Of a stretch of 64,000 nucleotides of DNA, positions 13,428 through 23,169 are shown in pieces. Made by a program: the position numbers and the translations under genes. The DNA is from Eutreptiella sp. 'Long Island Sound 2002'. Lineage: Eukaryota; Protista; Euglenida. The notes beneath the pieces are model-generated. The model had not been told where the DNA came from and did not search any database. It was given only the letters and a program-made list of their open reading frames with translations. Numbering within the stretch: the first letter of the stretch is position 1; each line of letters begins with the position of its first letter. The stretch is from positions 26,226,001-26,290,000 of the forward strand of contig OZ038379.1 in NCBI GenBank assembly GCA_964036045.1. The letters run 5' to 3'.

Positions 13428-16400
13428 GAGAGAGAAGAATTGGATGACAGTGGAGTCCGCTTGCTTTATCGCAGATATGAAGCCGAAGATGCATGTGTTG
13501 TTCCACACAATCGCCGATTGTTGGTTCGACTCCAGTGCCACAATAATGTGCAACGGATAACATCTTTGGGTTGGGAATTATATCTCGCCAAATATCTCAC
13601 AAAGCCAGCAAAGTCATTGACCGTGCCCATCACCATCTCGCCCGATGCAAGCGATGTGGAGCGTTTGCTCAAGTTGCGTTCATTGGGACGCATGGAGAAC
13701 GGCATGATGCTCTTAGGAATCCATCAATGTCGAGGTAGCCGAGAGGTGGTATGGATTCCTACAGATCCATGGCCTAAACTAGGACGGCTCAAGCGTCGAA
13801 AGCATCTCCCAGACGAAGATACGTCCACAGACGTTTGGTATTTGGATCGCTATGACCACTATTTGGAACGCCCCATTGCTGCCATACCCATCAAGTACCC
13901 CGACTACTATCGCTATTATCGCCGAACACAACGTGAACCCGGAGACTCCACGGCTATAGCAAGCAATCCAGCAGAGGACTTTGCATATGATTCTCCTTCT
14001 AGCGATTCCGATGATGCAGTGAGCGGAGATCGTTTTCAAGCCAACGTACGCCCCGATGAGGGCAATAAACCATATTGGTGGCCATCACCACCAGAAAAGT
14101 TGGAGAAGACATTCACGGACGAGGTGGGAAAAAAGTGGATTCTGCGAAGGCGAACTGCGATCCCAAGGTGGAACTTTTACGTCCCGTATGGAGAAGATGC
14201 AGAATTGTATTTCTTGCAAAAGATATTATTGTCACAGCCGTTAACAAAAGCAGACCACGAGCGGAAATTCCTTTCATCCAACAATGTCACTGAAACATAC
14301 ATGGAGGAGTGTATTCATCGAGGATTGTTTCGTGGTTATGAGGAAGAGGCAAGAGAAACTTTAAACAATGCCCAAGCACGTGGCTATTCCGTTGAGCGTT
14401 TGCGACTTCTTGCACAAGTTCTTATGGCCGAAGAGATCATAGACTCCACCTTCCTCAATACCTACATGTCCGATTTAGATGAGCTTGAAAAGCACCGGTT
14501 TGGAGAAGATGAGCCAGCAATGGCCGAGGAAGCTGAACTGGATCCCCAATTGGCGGAGGAGTTAAGGGCATTCATGGATGCTGACGACACGCGTGCAGCA
14601 GAGGCACTTGTGAATGCTTTGAACCAAGGGCAACGCCGGGTATTTGACATTTTTATTGCACATTTTCAACGGCAACCTCTTGAGAATGGTCCGGATATTT
14701 CCCCGCATTGCCGCACATCAAGTGGAAGTAGTGTTGCGCAATTGTGTGCTGTTCTCACAGGGGTTGCGGGAACCGGCAAGTCTTATGTCGTTCGCTTGCT
14801 AATTGCCAAGTTAAGAGCGCTTGGTTTCAGCATCCTAGTTTGTGGTTCTAGTGGGGTAGCCGCCCTAAATGTTGGAGGACGCACAATCCACAGCCTGTTC
14901 TCATTATCTTTGGACTTGGAGTGGCAAATAAAGGAAGGCACAACCTTGTGGTGGATGATTCGAACTGCCGATGTGATTATTGTCGATGAGTTCTCCCTCT
15001 TATCACACAAGCTCCTTCACACGCTCCATGATGTGCTACACAAGGTACGCCGCGACAAGCGCAATCCTTTTGGTGGCATTACAGTGCTCCTCGTAGGTGA
15101 TCCATTGCAACTACCCGCTGTTGATTTGGATATCTTTGACAGTGCACTCTTTCGAAACCATTTTGTTCCGTTTGTGCTGACGGACGTAATGCGCCAAGAC
15201 GATGCACATTTCATTAATTTGCTTAATCGTGTGCGGATTGGAGAGGAGAGTGACGAGGACCACTTAATTCCGCAGCAACGCATAGCGCTAAATTCCGATG
15301 TGTCACTACAAGACTTGGAGGATGCCCCCATGTTGGTTGGCCGTAGAAATGCTATGAACCGATGGAATGAACATTTCATGGCTCAATTGGGGTCAAGCAT
15401 TGTTACGTTCGATGCTAGCTACGTTGATATGGGTGGTGCCCCTACCAATCAAGCAATGTGCGACTATATCAATTCTCGCAATCGTCGTGTGCTGCCTCAG
15501 CAAGTGTGTGTCGCAGCGGGCATGAGGGCACGACTTATTCGCAATGTGTCCATCGAAAATCGACTCGTTAACTCGACACTTGTTGTGATCAAAAGATGGT
15601 CGAATGATGTCATTGTGGTAAGCCCGGTGGGGCACGCAAGGGAGTACCCCATCTGCCGTTTCCAGCAAATAATTCCGGTGTACGGCCCGTCCGTGCAAGT
15701 CAAAATAATCCAATTCCCTATGCTTCCCGGATACTCATGTACCGTGCACGGTACGCAGGGCTGCTCTTACGACCGCGTATGGGTGGACATGGCAGCTTTC
15801 TTTGCCGCAGCACACGCATATGTTGCTTTATCACGCGCACGTTCACTTCAAGGCCTATTCATCCTCAATTACCGTCGTGACGCTTTCCTTGTTGATCCGT
15901 ATTACGTGCAATTATGGGATTGGTTCGTGGCCACAAACGTGTTGTCTCCCAAACCACCCAGCCAAATCCCTCCTTATCCACGAAGAACATTTACAACATC
16001 ACTCATAATTGGAATTATGTGTGTCCATCGTGCTTGGAGTGTCGTAAGTCAACTCCCACAGCGGTTAGATGCTCGGATATTGAAGGTCAACATGCTCCAC
16101 ATTATCCAATATGTGTCATTTCCATACTGGTCGTATATTGAGAGACAATTGCGTGGAGACAAGCTGTCTTTGGACATTGATGATCTAAACGAGGATGGAA
16201 CGGAGCAAATCCGCAAACAAGGACGACCGGTTGGTGCTACAGGGCAACCGGCACAAGGCTTCAAACTATTGGACGCGTGTAATAACCCACGAGTGTTTGC
16301 GGCCCAAGACTTGGCTCAAATGTCGGTTGTGCAATTGCGGACATTGTGTGCTGCACATAAGCTATCAACTTCTGGAACCAAAGCCCAGTTTCAAGAACGC

Positions 16401-17924
16401 ATCCTACAAAAGCAAAACCACATTCAACCTCCATCATCTACACCAGCGCCTACACATTCACAAGGACCTGTACGACTGGTGCCGTCATCCATCAATGATT
16501 TCCCCCATTTGCAGCCACGACTTAATTACTTTGGAGAGGATTTTTGGCCACAAGAAAGAAGCGATACCACGGAGAACAATGTGCACTTATTGGAGAGTGC
16601 ATGGTTGTCTTGCGCAGCAGTGCAATGCTTACTAGAGGTCTTGTTGCCACAGGGCAATTCCTCGGTTAAGCCGGTCATCCAAGATGTGACATTGGCAGTA
16701 ATAATGCAACATCCTCCGACGTCGCGGGTTGTGTATACTCTGGGAGATGCCCTACCCGTACTACTCACCTCGCAGCACTCCACCGTTGGAGTTCACTACG
16801 TGTTGGTCACGGACATTTCCATTGTAGACAAGACCTTGGTTGTCCACGATCCTAAAGATAACGCATCTACCTGTGGCGCATGGTTCCGGGCAATTATGAG
16901 TAAAATGGGATGGTCTCTTACATGGCATCATTATGGAACTCAACCCGATTCCGATACATGTGGCTTCCGAGTCGTCATGCTCGCCATGCAATGGTGTCAG
17001 ACCAATCGACTCACCGGGCAACTGCCACGGTGGTTCTCGACGTATTGTGCAAGCGTTCTCCAGCTTTTTGCCGACGATACGAGGAGCTTGCGTTCTACGG
17101 TGAATACGTTTCAAGATTGGGCATATGAAGATGCTTTGAGAGAGTATGATGAACCAGTGGACTGGGCAATGACGGAGGGTGGGCCGCTTCCTACCGTCAC
17201 CAACAGCGACATGGAAGCTGCAATTCGCAACCCTCAATCCAATTCAGCAAGTGGTCCGTCTTCAACGTCCAAAGCGCCGCAGCCTCCGCATCCGTCAACC
17301 CGTAGGAAGAGTGGGACAAGTAAAGGGACTACGGGGGCAAACCCACAAACCACACCGGCACAGACCACTCCTACAAGAAAAATTCCAAAGTCAAAAAAGA
17401 CAAATATGCCTCCACGTACCCGAACTTGTGAGCCACCACCCTACCAATCGCACCGTCAACCACATCCCAAGAGTGGACACGAGGCCGACCAAAGTTCTCG
17501 CAAACATTCCTCAAAGAAGCGGTCATCCAACTCCGAGTCCGGGCCAAGGTCCAAGAAGAGTCGACCAGAGGACCACGAGCAGTCAAATACTAGACGCAAG
17601 AGATCCACTTCGAGCCGTCCTTCCGAATCAACAAGCCAAGAGCCGCCAACAGCAAAACAACGGCAAGAAAAAGCTCCGGTAAATCATGCTACACTATCCG
17701 AGAACGAGATCAAGAAGTGGTTAATCCTTATCACGGACGAAAATTTAAGTCGACGAAAACGCCGCGAGCATGCTTTGCACTTCTTGGGAGCCGCAGATAG
17801 TACCCTGGTAACATTACAGTACCGCACTCTCAGTCTCCAACTGCATCCCGACAAAAACCCGTCGGATGCACTAGCAAAGCAACGATTCCAAGTTCTTGGG
17901 TGTGCAAGAGACATGTTCCGTTAG
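13428..17924 (+). CDS. Helitron RepHel, 3' part: Rep motif 3, PIF1 helicase, SAP, Ulp1/C48-like protease, C-terminal J domain (10341-17924 = 2527 codons if fused)
   Basis: YLAKYLTK (catalytic Tyr motif, ~13581), GVAGTGKS, IIVDEFSLL, FGGITVLLVGDPLQLPAV, LTDVMRQ, TVHGTQG, YVALSRARSLQGL. SAP-like MSVVQLRTLCAAHKLSTSGTKAQFQERIL. Protease-like HYVLV...D...QPDSDTCG. J-domain YRTLSLQLHPDKNP...AKQRFQVL. Confidence 0.9.
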   Translation, partial: EREELDDSGVRLLYRRYEAEDACVVPHNRRLLVRLQCHNNVQRITSLGWELYLAKYLTKPAKSLTVPITISPDASDVERLLKLRSLGRMENGMMLLGIHQCRGSREVVWIPTDPWPKLGRLKRRKHLPDEDTSTDVWYLDRYDHYLERPIAAIPIKYPDYYRYYRRTQREPGDSTAIASNPAEDFAYDSPSSDSDDAVSGDRFQANVRPDEGNKPYWWPSPPEKLEKTFTDEVGKKWILRRRTAIPRWNFYVPYGEDAELYFLQKILLSQPLTKADHERKFLSSNNVTETYMEECIHRGLFRGYEEEARETLNNAQARGYSVERLRLLAQVLMAEEIIDSTFLNTYMSDLDELEKHRFGEDEPAMAEEAELDPQLAEELRAFMDADDTRAAEALVNALNQGQRRVFDIFIAHFQRQPLENGPDISPHCRTSSGSSVAQLCAVLTGVAGTGKSYVVRLLIAKLRALGFSILVCGSSGVAALNVGGRTIHSLFSLSLDLEWQIKEGTTLWWMIRTADVIIVDEFSLLSHKLLHTLHDVLHKVRRDKRNPFGGITVLLVGDPLQLPAVDLDIFDSALFRNHFVPFVLTDVMRQDDAHFINLLNRVRIGEESDEDHLIPQQRIALNSDVSLQDLEDAPMLVGRRNAMNRWNEHFMAQLGSSIVTFDASYVDMGGAPTNQAMCDYINSRNRRVLPQQVCVAAGMRARLIRNVSIENRLVNSTLVVIKRWSNDVIVVSPVGHAREYPICRFQQIIPVYGPSVQVKIIQFPMLPGYSCTVHGTQGCSYDRVWVDMAAFFAAAHAYVALSRARSLQGLFILNYRRDAFLVDPYYVQLWDWFVATNVLSPKPPSQIPPYPRRTFTTSLIIGIMCVHRAWSVVSQLPQRLDARILKVNMLHIIQYVSFPYWSYIERQLRGDKLSLDIDDLNEDGTEQIRKQGRPVGATGQPAQGFKLLDACNNPRVFAAQDLAQMSVVQLRTLCAAHKLSTSGTKAQFQERILQKQNHIQPPSSTPAPTHSQGPVRLVPSSINDFPHLQPRLNYFGEDFWPQERSDTTENNVHLLESAWLSCAAVQCLLEVLLPQGNSSVKPVIQDVTLAVIMQHPPTSRVVYTLGDALPVLLTSQHSTVGVHYVLVTDISIVDKTLVVHDPKDNASTCGAWFRAIMSKMGWSLTWHHYGTQPDSDTCGFRVVMLAMQWCQTNRLTGQLPRWFSTYCASVLQLFADDTRSLRSTVNTFQDWAYEDALREYDEPVDWAMTEGGPLPTVTNSDMEAAIRNPQSNSASGPSSTSKAPQPPHPSTRRKSGTSKGTTGANPQTTPAQTTPTRKIPKSKKTNMPPRTRTCEPPPYQSHRQPHPKSGHEADQSSRKHSSKKRSSNSESGPRSKKSRPEDHEQSNTRRKRSTSSRPSESTSQEPPTAKQRQEKAPVNHATLSENEIKKWLILITDENLSRRKRREHALHFLGAADSTLVTLQYRTLSLQLHPDKNPSDALAKQRFQVLGCARDMFR

Positions 17925-18158
17925 CTAACAAGTTGCCATACATGAGGCATTGTCTTTATATTATTTCTTCCAAACTCGCTAATGCTCCTTGTATGGCGCC
18001 CACCAACACGGAAAACTTCTTTTGCATGTATTACACATTTGTTTCATTCTTGCGTGCAATTGCGTGTCCTCTAAAATTGTAATTTTAATTAGCATTCAAA
18101 AGGTACGATTAACAGACTTGCAATCAATTCCGCTACATTGCAAATTTGACAAACCTAC

Positions 18159-19260
18159 GTACAATTAGTGCACGACGTAGGTTGCAGGTGTACTCTTAGC
18201 GGAGTTACCTTCACTTATTAGTACACAACGCAGGATGCAGGTGTACTCTTAACGGAGTTACCTTCTCTTAGTTGCAACAGAACTACGAGTCAAGGTGTCC
18301 TTTTCACGGAGTTCCCTTCATTTACAAGCAGCAAGCGTACAAAGCACTCATCCACGTTGTGCGCGCACCTTCAATTGTTGCCAACGGTTTGTTAGAATCC
18401 TCTCACACAAGGGGTGATGCATCTTCTAAAACATACGGAAAACATTTTGGTAGCAAAGCGGGTGTACTCTTAACGGAGTTACCTTCAATTATTTTCATCC
18501 ATTTGCCAATCCACAAAAGCAGGGTACAATTAGTGCACGACATACAATGCAGGTGTACTCTTAACGGAGTTACCTTCACTTATCAACAAACGACGTAAGA
18601 TGCAGGTGTACTCTTAACGGAGTTACCTTCTCTTATTTGCAACAAAAGTACAAGTCAAGGTGTACTCTGCACGGAGTTACCTTCATTTACTTGCAATAAC
18701 CGTCAAAGCAGTCATCCACGTTGTGCGCGCGCCTTCTATTGTTGATAACGGTTTGTTACAATACCCTCAAACAAAGGGAGATCCATTTTCTAAAAAAAAC
18801 GGTGAACATTTCGGTAGCAAGGTGGGTGTACTCTAAACGGGGTTACCTCCCCTTATTTTCGTCTATTTCCAACCATCTCATTTGCCAATCCATACAAGCA
18901 GGGTACAATTAGTGCAAGAGGTAGGATGCAGGTGTACTCTTAACGGAGTTACCTTCACTTATAAGTACACGACGTACAATGCACGTGTACTCTTAACGGA
19001 GCTACCTTCACTTACTTGCAGCAAGAGCACTCGTTTCCATCACTTACGTTTATGTTTCAAACTTGCGTGCCTTGCATCATGATGCATCATGACTCGGATG
19101 GAAGCCGCCCTAAAATTTTGTCCGTGGTGTGCAAATGACAAAAAGGGACAGGGTTGCCATTCATGCACCACTACTCCGAGGCTATGTTCTAGTACGACTA
19201 TCTAAATCTCACACATTGCCGTCCCCTCTTTCTAGGTGTATTCTTAACGGAATTACCTGC
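18159..19260 (+). repeat. Intergenic hairpin array (11 copies; 53/54-nt sub-period inside a ~365-379-nt higher-order repeat)
   Basis: Motif starts at 18186, 18239, 18293, 18460, 18551, 18604, 18658, 18824, 18930, 18983 and 19234. Confidence 0.92.
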
Positions 19261-19269
19261 ACTTCAATA

Positions 19270-20091
19270 ATGGACAATGCGCCCACCTGCCCTGTGTGCC
19301 AAGCCGAGCTCATCCCTAAGGTTAGCGGCTCAGCGACTCCAAATTTTGACCGAGCTTTCCTGGCATGCCCAAATGACAAGCCGGACAACCGTCATCAAGG
19401 GGCTTTCAAGTGGACGGAGCCGCCAAAACATGTCCCACATGACTGGCCGTCATGTTTGTGCGGAGTGCCGGCGCAGATCAAAAAATGGGGCACAACTTAC
19501 TCATTCAAGTGCTGGGATGAGTCCCCTTCGGGATGTAAGTTCTCACGCGGCGCAACCACAGTTCCCGACCTCCAGCATCGTGATTGTGTTGCATGCGGTT
19601 GGGTGTACACGCCAGAAAGCACAACTGAATGTGTGCCCGTATCATCTCCATCAGCATCGACATCTCCCATGGATTCAACACCACCGCGCAAAATTCCACG
19701 GCCAAATCCCGCAACACCAACTCAAAGTTATATCCGCCCTCAAGACTTGAAACACAAGGCCGCCATACCAATTACAATGTACGAAACCGAGGATTCGTAC
19801 ATCATACTCGCTCGACATGGAGTCACAGGTACAGCGGATGCCAATGCCGTTACACTGAACTTCGAGAGTCCAAGGGGTATACCTCCCAAAGCTATCGTCC
19901 ACGTGAACGAATTGCAATTGGCACATGAATTGCCAGCACCAGGGACAACCAATGAGGGCACGGAGCCTCACAGTTATCACCGCACCATTCAATTTCCAAA
20001 AGCAGTTCATCCTAAGCCGACTAAGGAAAGCAAAGCAACTTATATTGTACTTACGTTCAAGAAGGAAAGCGGCAAGCTTGTGTCCTTCTAA
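19270..20091 (+). CDS. GRF-type zinc-finger protein with C-terminal HSP20/alpha-crystallin-like domain, copy 1 (273 aa from ATG 19270)
   Basis: CPVC...S...NFDRAFLACP...FKW (zf-GRF pattern), second CLCG...FKC...C finger and CVAC motif. C-terminal MYETEDSYII...SYHRTIQFPKAVH...YIVLTFKK resembles sHSP beta strands. The ATG follows the hairpin by 12 nt. Confidence 0.7.
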   Translation: MDNAPTCPVCQAELIPKVSGSATPNFDRAFLACPNDKPDNRHQGAFKWTEPPKHVPHDWPSCLCGVPAQIKKWGTTYSFKCWDESPSGCKFSRGATTVPDLQHRDCVACGWVYTPESTTECVPVSSPSASTSPMDSTPPRKIPRPNPATPTQSYIRPQDLKHKAAIPITMYETEDSYIILARHGVTGTADANAVTLNFESPRGIPPKAIVHVNELQLAHELPAPGTTNEGTEPHSYHRTIQFPKAVHPKPTKESKATYIVLTFKKESGKLVSF

Positions 20092-20374
20092 TGTGCTTCC
20101 TTGATGCAATTGAATGCCTAATTCAATACATGTGTGCGACATGTCGTGCCACACTATATTATTCGTGCACTGCCGCCGCAATTGTGCAGTCGAATATGCA
20201 TTTCTTCCATACTTGAATGGTCCAAGAGCCTCCAACTTCATCAGATGATGATGCGTGTAGCGCTTCTCAATAGGCGAACATCAACATTCACGTGCTTCGT
20301 CCCTTTGCACATTTCACACAACAGTTCGGCCGCATGAGAGGTTCCGTTGCAGCTAGTTTTATCTTTGAATTTGT

Positions 20375-22398
20375 CTTCATTTACAAGCAGCAAGCGTACA
20401 AAGCACTCATCCACGTTGTGCTCGCACCTTCAATTGTTGCAAACGGTTTGTTAGAATCCTCTCACACAAAGGGTGATGCATCTTCTAAAACATACGGAAA
20501 ACATTTTGGTAGCAAAGCGGGTGTACTCTTAACGGAGTTACCTTCAATTATTTTCATCCATTTGCCAATCCATAAGAGCAGGGTACAATTAGTGCACGAC
20601 ATACAATGCAGGTGTACTCTTAACGGAGTTACCTTCACTTATCATTACATGACGTAAGATGCAGGTGTACTCTTAACGGAGTTACCTTCTCTTATTTGCA
20701 ACAAAAGTACAAGTCAAGGTGTACTCTGCACGGAGTTACCTTCATTTACTTGCAACAACCGTCAAAGCAGTCATCCACGTTGTGCGCGCGCCTTCTATTG
20801 TTGCGAACGGTTTGTTACAATACCCTCAAACAAAGGGTGATCCATTTTCTAAAAAAAACGGTGAACATTTCGGTAGCAAAGTGGGTGTACTCTAAACGGG
20901 GTTACTTCCGCTTATTTTCGTCTATTTCCAACCATCTCATTTGCCAATCCATACAAGCAGAGTACAATTAGTGCAAGACGTAGGATGCAGGTGTACTCTT
21001 AACGGAGTTACATTGCACGTGTACTCTTAACGGAGCTACCTTCACTTACTTGCAGCAATAGCACTCGTTTCCATCACTTACGTTTATGTTTCAAACTTGC
21101 GTGCCTTGCATCATGATGCATCATGACTCGCATGGAGGCGGCCCTAAAATTTTGTGCGTGGTGTTCAAATGACAAAAAGGGACAGGGTTGCCATTCATGC
21201 ACCACTACTCCGAGGCTATGTTCTAGTACGACTATCTAAATCTCACACATTGCCATCCCCTCTTTCTAGGTGTATTCTTAACGGAATTACCTGCACTTCA
21301 ATAATGGACAATGCGCCCACCTGCCCTGTGTGCCAAGCCGAGCTCATCCCTAAGGTTAGCGGCTCAGCGACTCCAAATTTTGACCGAGCTTTCCTGGCAT
21401 GCCCAAATGACAAGCCGGACAACCGTCATCAAGGGGCTTTCAAGTGGACGGAGCCGCCAAAACATGTCCCACATGACTGGCCGTCATGTTTGTGCGGAGT
21501 GCCGGCGCAGATCAAAAAATGGGGCACAACTTACTCATTCAAGTGCTGGGATGAGTCCCCTTCGGGATGTAAGTTCTCACGCGGCGCAACCACAATTCCG
21601 GACCTCCAGCATCGTGATTGTGTTGCATGCGGTTGGGTGTACACGCCAGAAAGCACAACTGAATGTGTGCCCGTATCATCTCCATTAGCATCGACATCTC
21701 CCATGGATTCAACACCACCGCGCAAAATTCCACGGCCAAATCCCGCAACACCAACTCAAAGTTATATCCGCCCTCAAGACTTGAAACACAAGGCCGCCAT
21801 ACCAATTACAATGTACGAAACCGAGGATTCGTACATCATACTCGCTCGACATGGAGTCACAGGTACAGCGGATGCCAATGCCGTTACATTGAATTTCAAG
21901 AGTCCAAGGGGTATACCTCCCAAAGCTATCGTCCACGTGAACGAATTGCAATTGGCACATGAATTGCTAACACCAGGGACAACCAATGAGGGCACGGAGC
22001 CTCACAGTTATCACCGCACCATTCAATTTCCAAAAGCAGTTCATCCTAAGCCGACTAAGGAAAGCAAAGCAACTTATATTGTACTTACGTTCAAGAAGGA
22101 AAGCGGCAAGCTTGTGTCCTTCTAATGTGCTTCCTTGATGCAATTGAATGCCTAATTCAATACATGTGTGCGACATGTCGTGCCACACTATATTATTCGT
22201 GCACTGCCGCCGCAATTGTGCAGTCGAATATGCATTTCTGCCATACTTCAATGGTCCAAGAGCCTCCAACTTCATCAGATGATGATGCGTGTAGCGCTTC
22301 TCAATAGGCGAACATCAACATTCACGTGCTTCGTCCCTTTGCACATTCACACAACAGTTCGGCCGCATGAGAGGTTCCGTTGCAGCTAGTTGTATCTT
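20375..22398 (+). repeat. Second copy of a ~2.05-kb tandem duplication (copy 1 = 18316-20366) carrying hairpin array plus the GRF gene
   Basis: Near-identical sequence at offset 2059, shifting to 2034 after a 25-nt deletion near 21009. Hairpins at 20519, 20610, 20663, 20717, 20883, 20989, 21017 and 21268. Confidence 0.95.
21304..22125 (+). CDS. GRF zinc-finger/HSP20-like protein, copy 2 (intact)
   Basis: Same as 19270-20091 apart from 5 amino-acid differences seen in the translations (V>I, S>L, E>K, PA>LT). Confidence 0.7.
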   Translation: MDNAPTCPVCQAELIPKVSGSATPNFDRAFLACPNDKPDNRHQGAFKWTEPPKHVPHDWPSCLCGVPAQIKKWGTTYSFKCWDESPSGCKFSRGATTIPDLQHRDCVACGWVYTPESTTECVPVSSPLASTSPMDSTPPRKIPRPNPATPTQSYIRPQDLKHKAAIPITMYETEDSYIILARHGVTGTADANAVTLNFKSPRGIPPKAIVHVNELQLAHELLTPGTTNEGTEPHSYHRTIQFPKAVHPKPTKESKATYIVLTFKKESGKLVSF

Positions 22399-22570
22399 TT
22401 GCCACGCACATTGTGGTTCCATGCACTTACATGAATGATTTGCAAATGAAAGGGTGAAATTGGATTTGCTATGATTTTACCACAGTTAAGAGCTAAAGGG
22501 TTCCATATTCCGATTAATTAGAATCCGCAACACCGATCCGCAACAACAGCTCGAATATTTCAATTAACAC

Positions 22571-23045
22571 ACCACATCCATCCACGAGAGTGGATGTGGT
22601 GGGCGAAGCAGGCACCCGCTAGAGGGCTAGTAGCTTCACAGTGTCATAAGTGGACCTATCTCGTAGCGGAGAATTGCCTTCCGCGGGCCATCGCCACAAC
22701 GGCCGTCGAAATATGTCGACAGGGTTTCGGTGAACGCACGAAAGGAGGAACGCCGGCCGCCTCCCCCTCTACTTCAGAGGGCCGGCTTTTCTTCACACTG
22801 GGCTCCGAAACGACGGACCCAGCGCTCTGTTGGTCAGTGGGCCCGCACACAGAGCGCTCGGTACGTCGTTTCGGGGCCCTGCGCTCTGTTTGTCAGTGGC
22901 CTTGTTCGCAAGTGACAACAGAAAAATTCCTCCATGGGCGCATGGAGGGGGCCATTACCCACAACGAGGGCCCGGTGAGACTCGTTGTATGGGAGTTATT
23001 GTCCATGCGGCGATGGCAACAGGGTAAGTCCGCTCGCTACGGAAG
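22571..23045 (+). ncRNA. Unassigned highly structured GC-rich segment (structured RNA or single-strand DNA origin)
   Basis: At least 7 consecutive stems, including ACCACATCCA/TGGATGTGGT (22571-22600) and a ~29-bp interrupted stem (22800-22879). No credible ORF. Strand assumed from G-U wobbles and gene orientation. Confidence 0.5.
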
Positions 23046-23169
23046 AAACACCAAAATTTGTTGCCATTGCTTTTTGGATAATAACTAATGTTTACTTGAC
23101 TACCTTGCAAAAAAAGTACATACAAACAGTCGTACACAACGTTGTGCGCGTGCCTCGAGAAAACTTACA

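Noticed and set aside
18186-19010. Bona fide CRISPR array
   Set aside because: Linkers are homologous to each other, spacing is irregular beyond triplets, no cas genes are present, the context is eukaryotic, and the same repeat serves as a gene leader.
19129-19269. Upstream starts (19129, 21154, 28373, 13440, 24230) given by the ORF track
   Set aside because: These are non-ATG or pre-hairpin starts. The ATG 12-14 nt after the hairpin, or continuation through the TAG, fits the domain boundaries better.
22752-22790. HDV-like ribozyme (GCCGGC...GCCGGC resembles P1)
   Set aside because: The inner stem is 6 bp with a 5-nt loop and is followed by TTTT rather than the GG of P1.1; no J4/2 catalytic C context was found.
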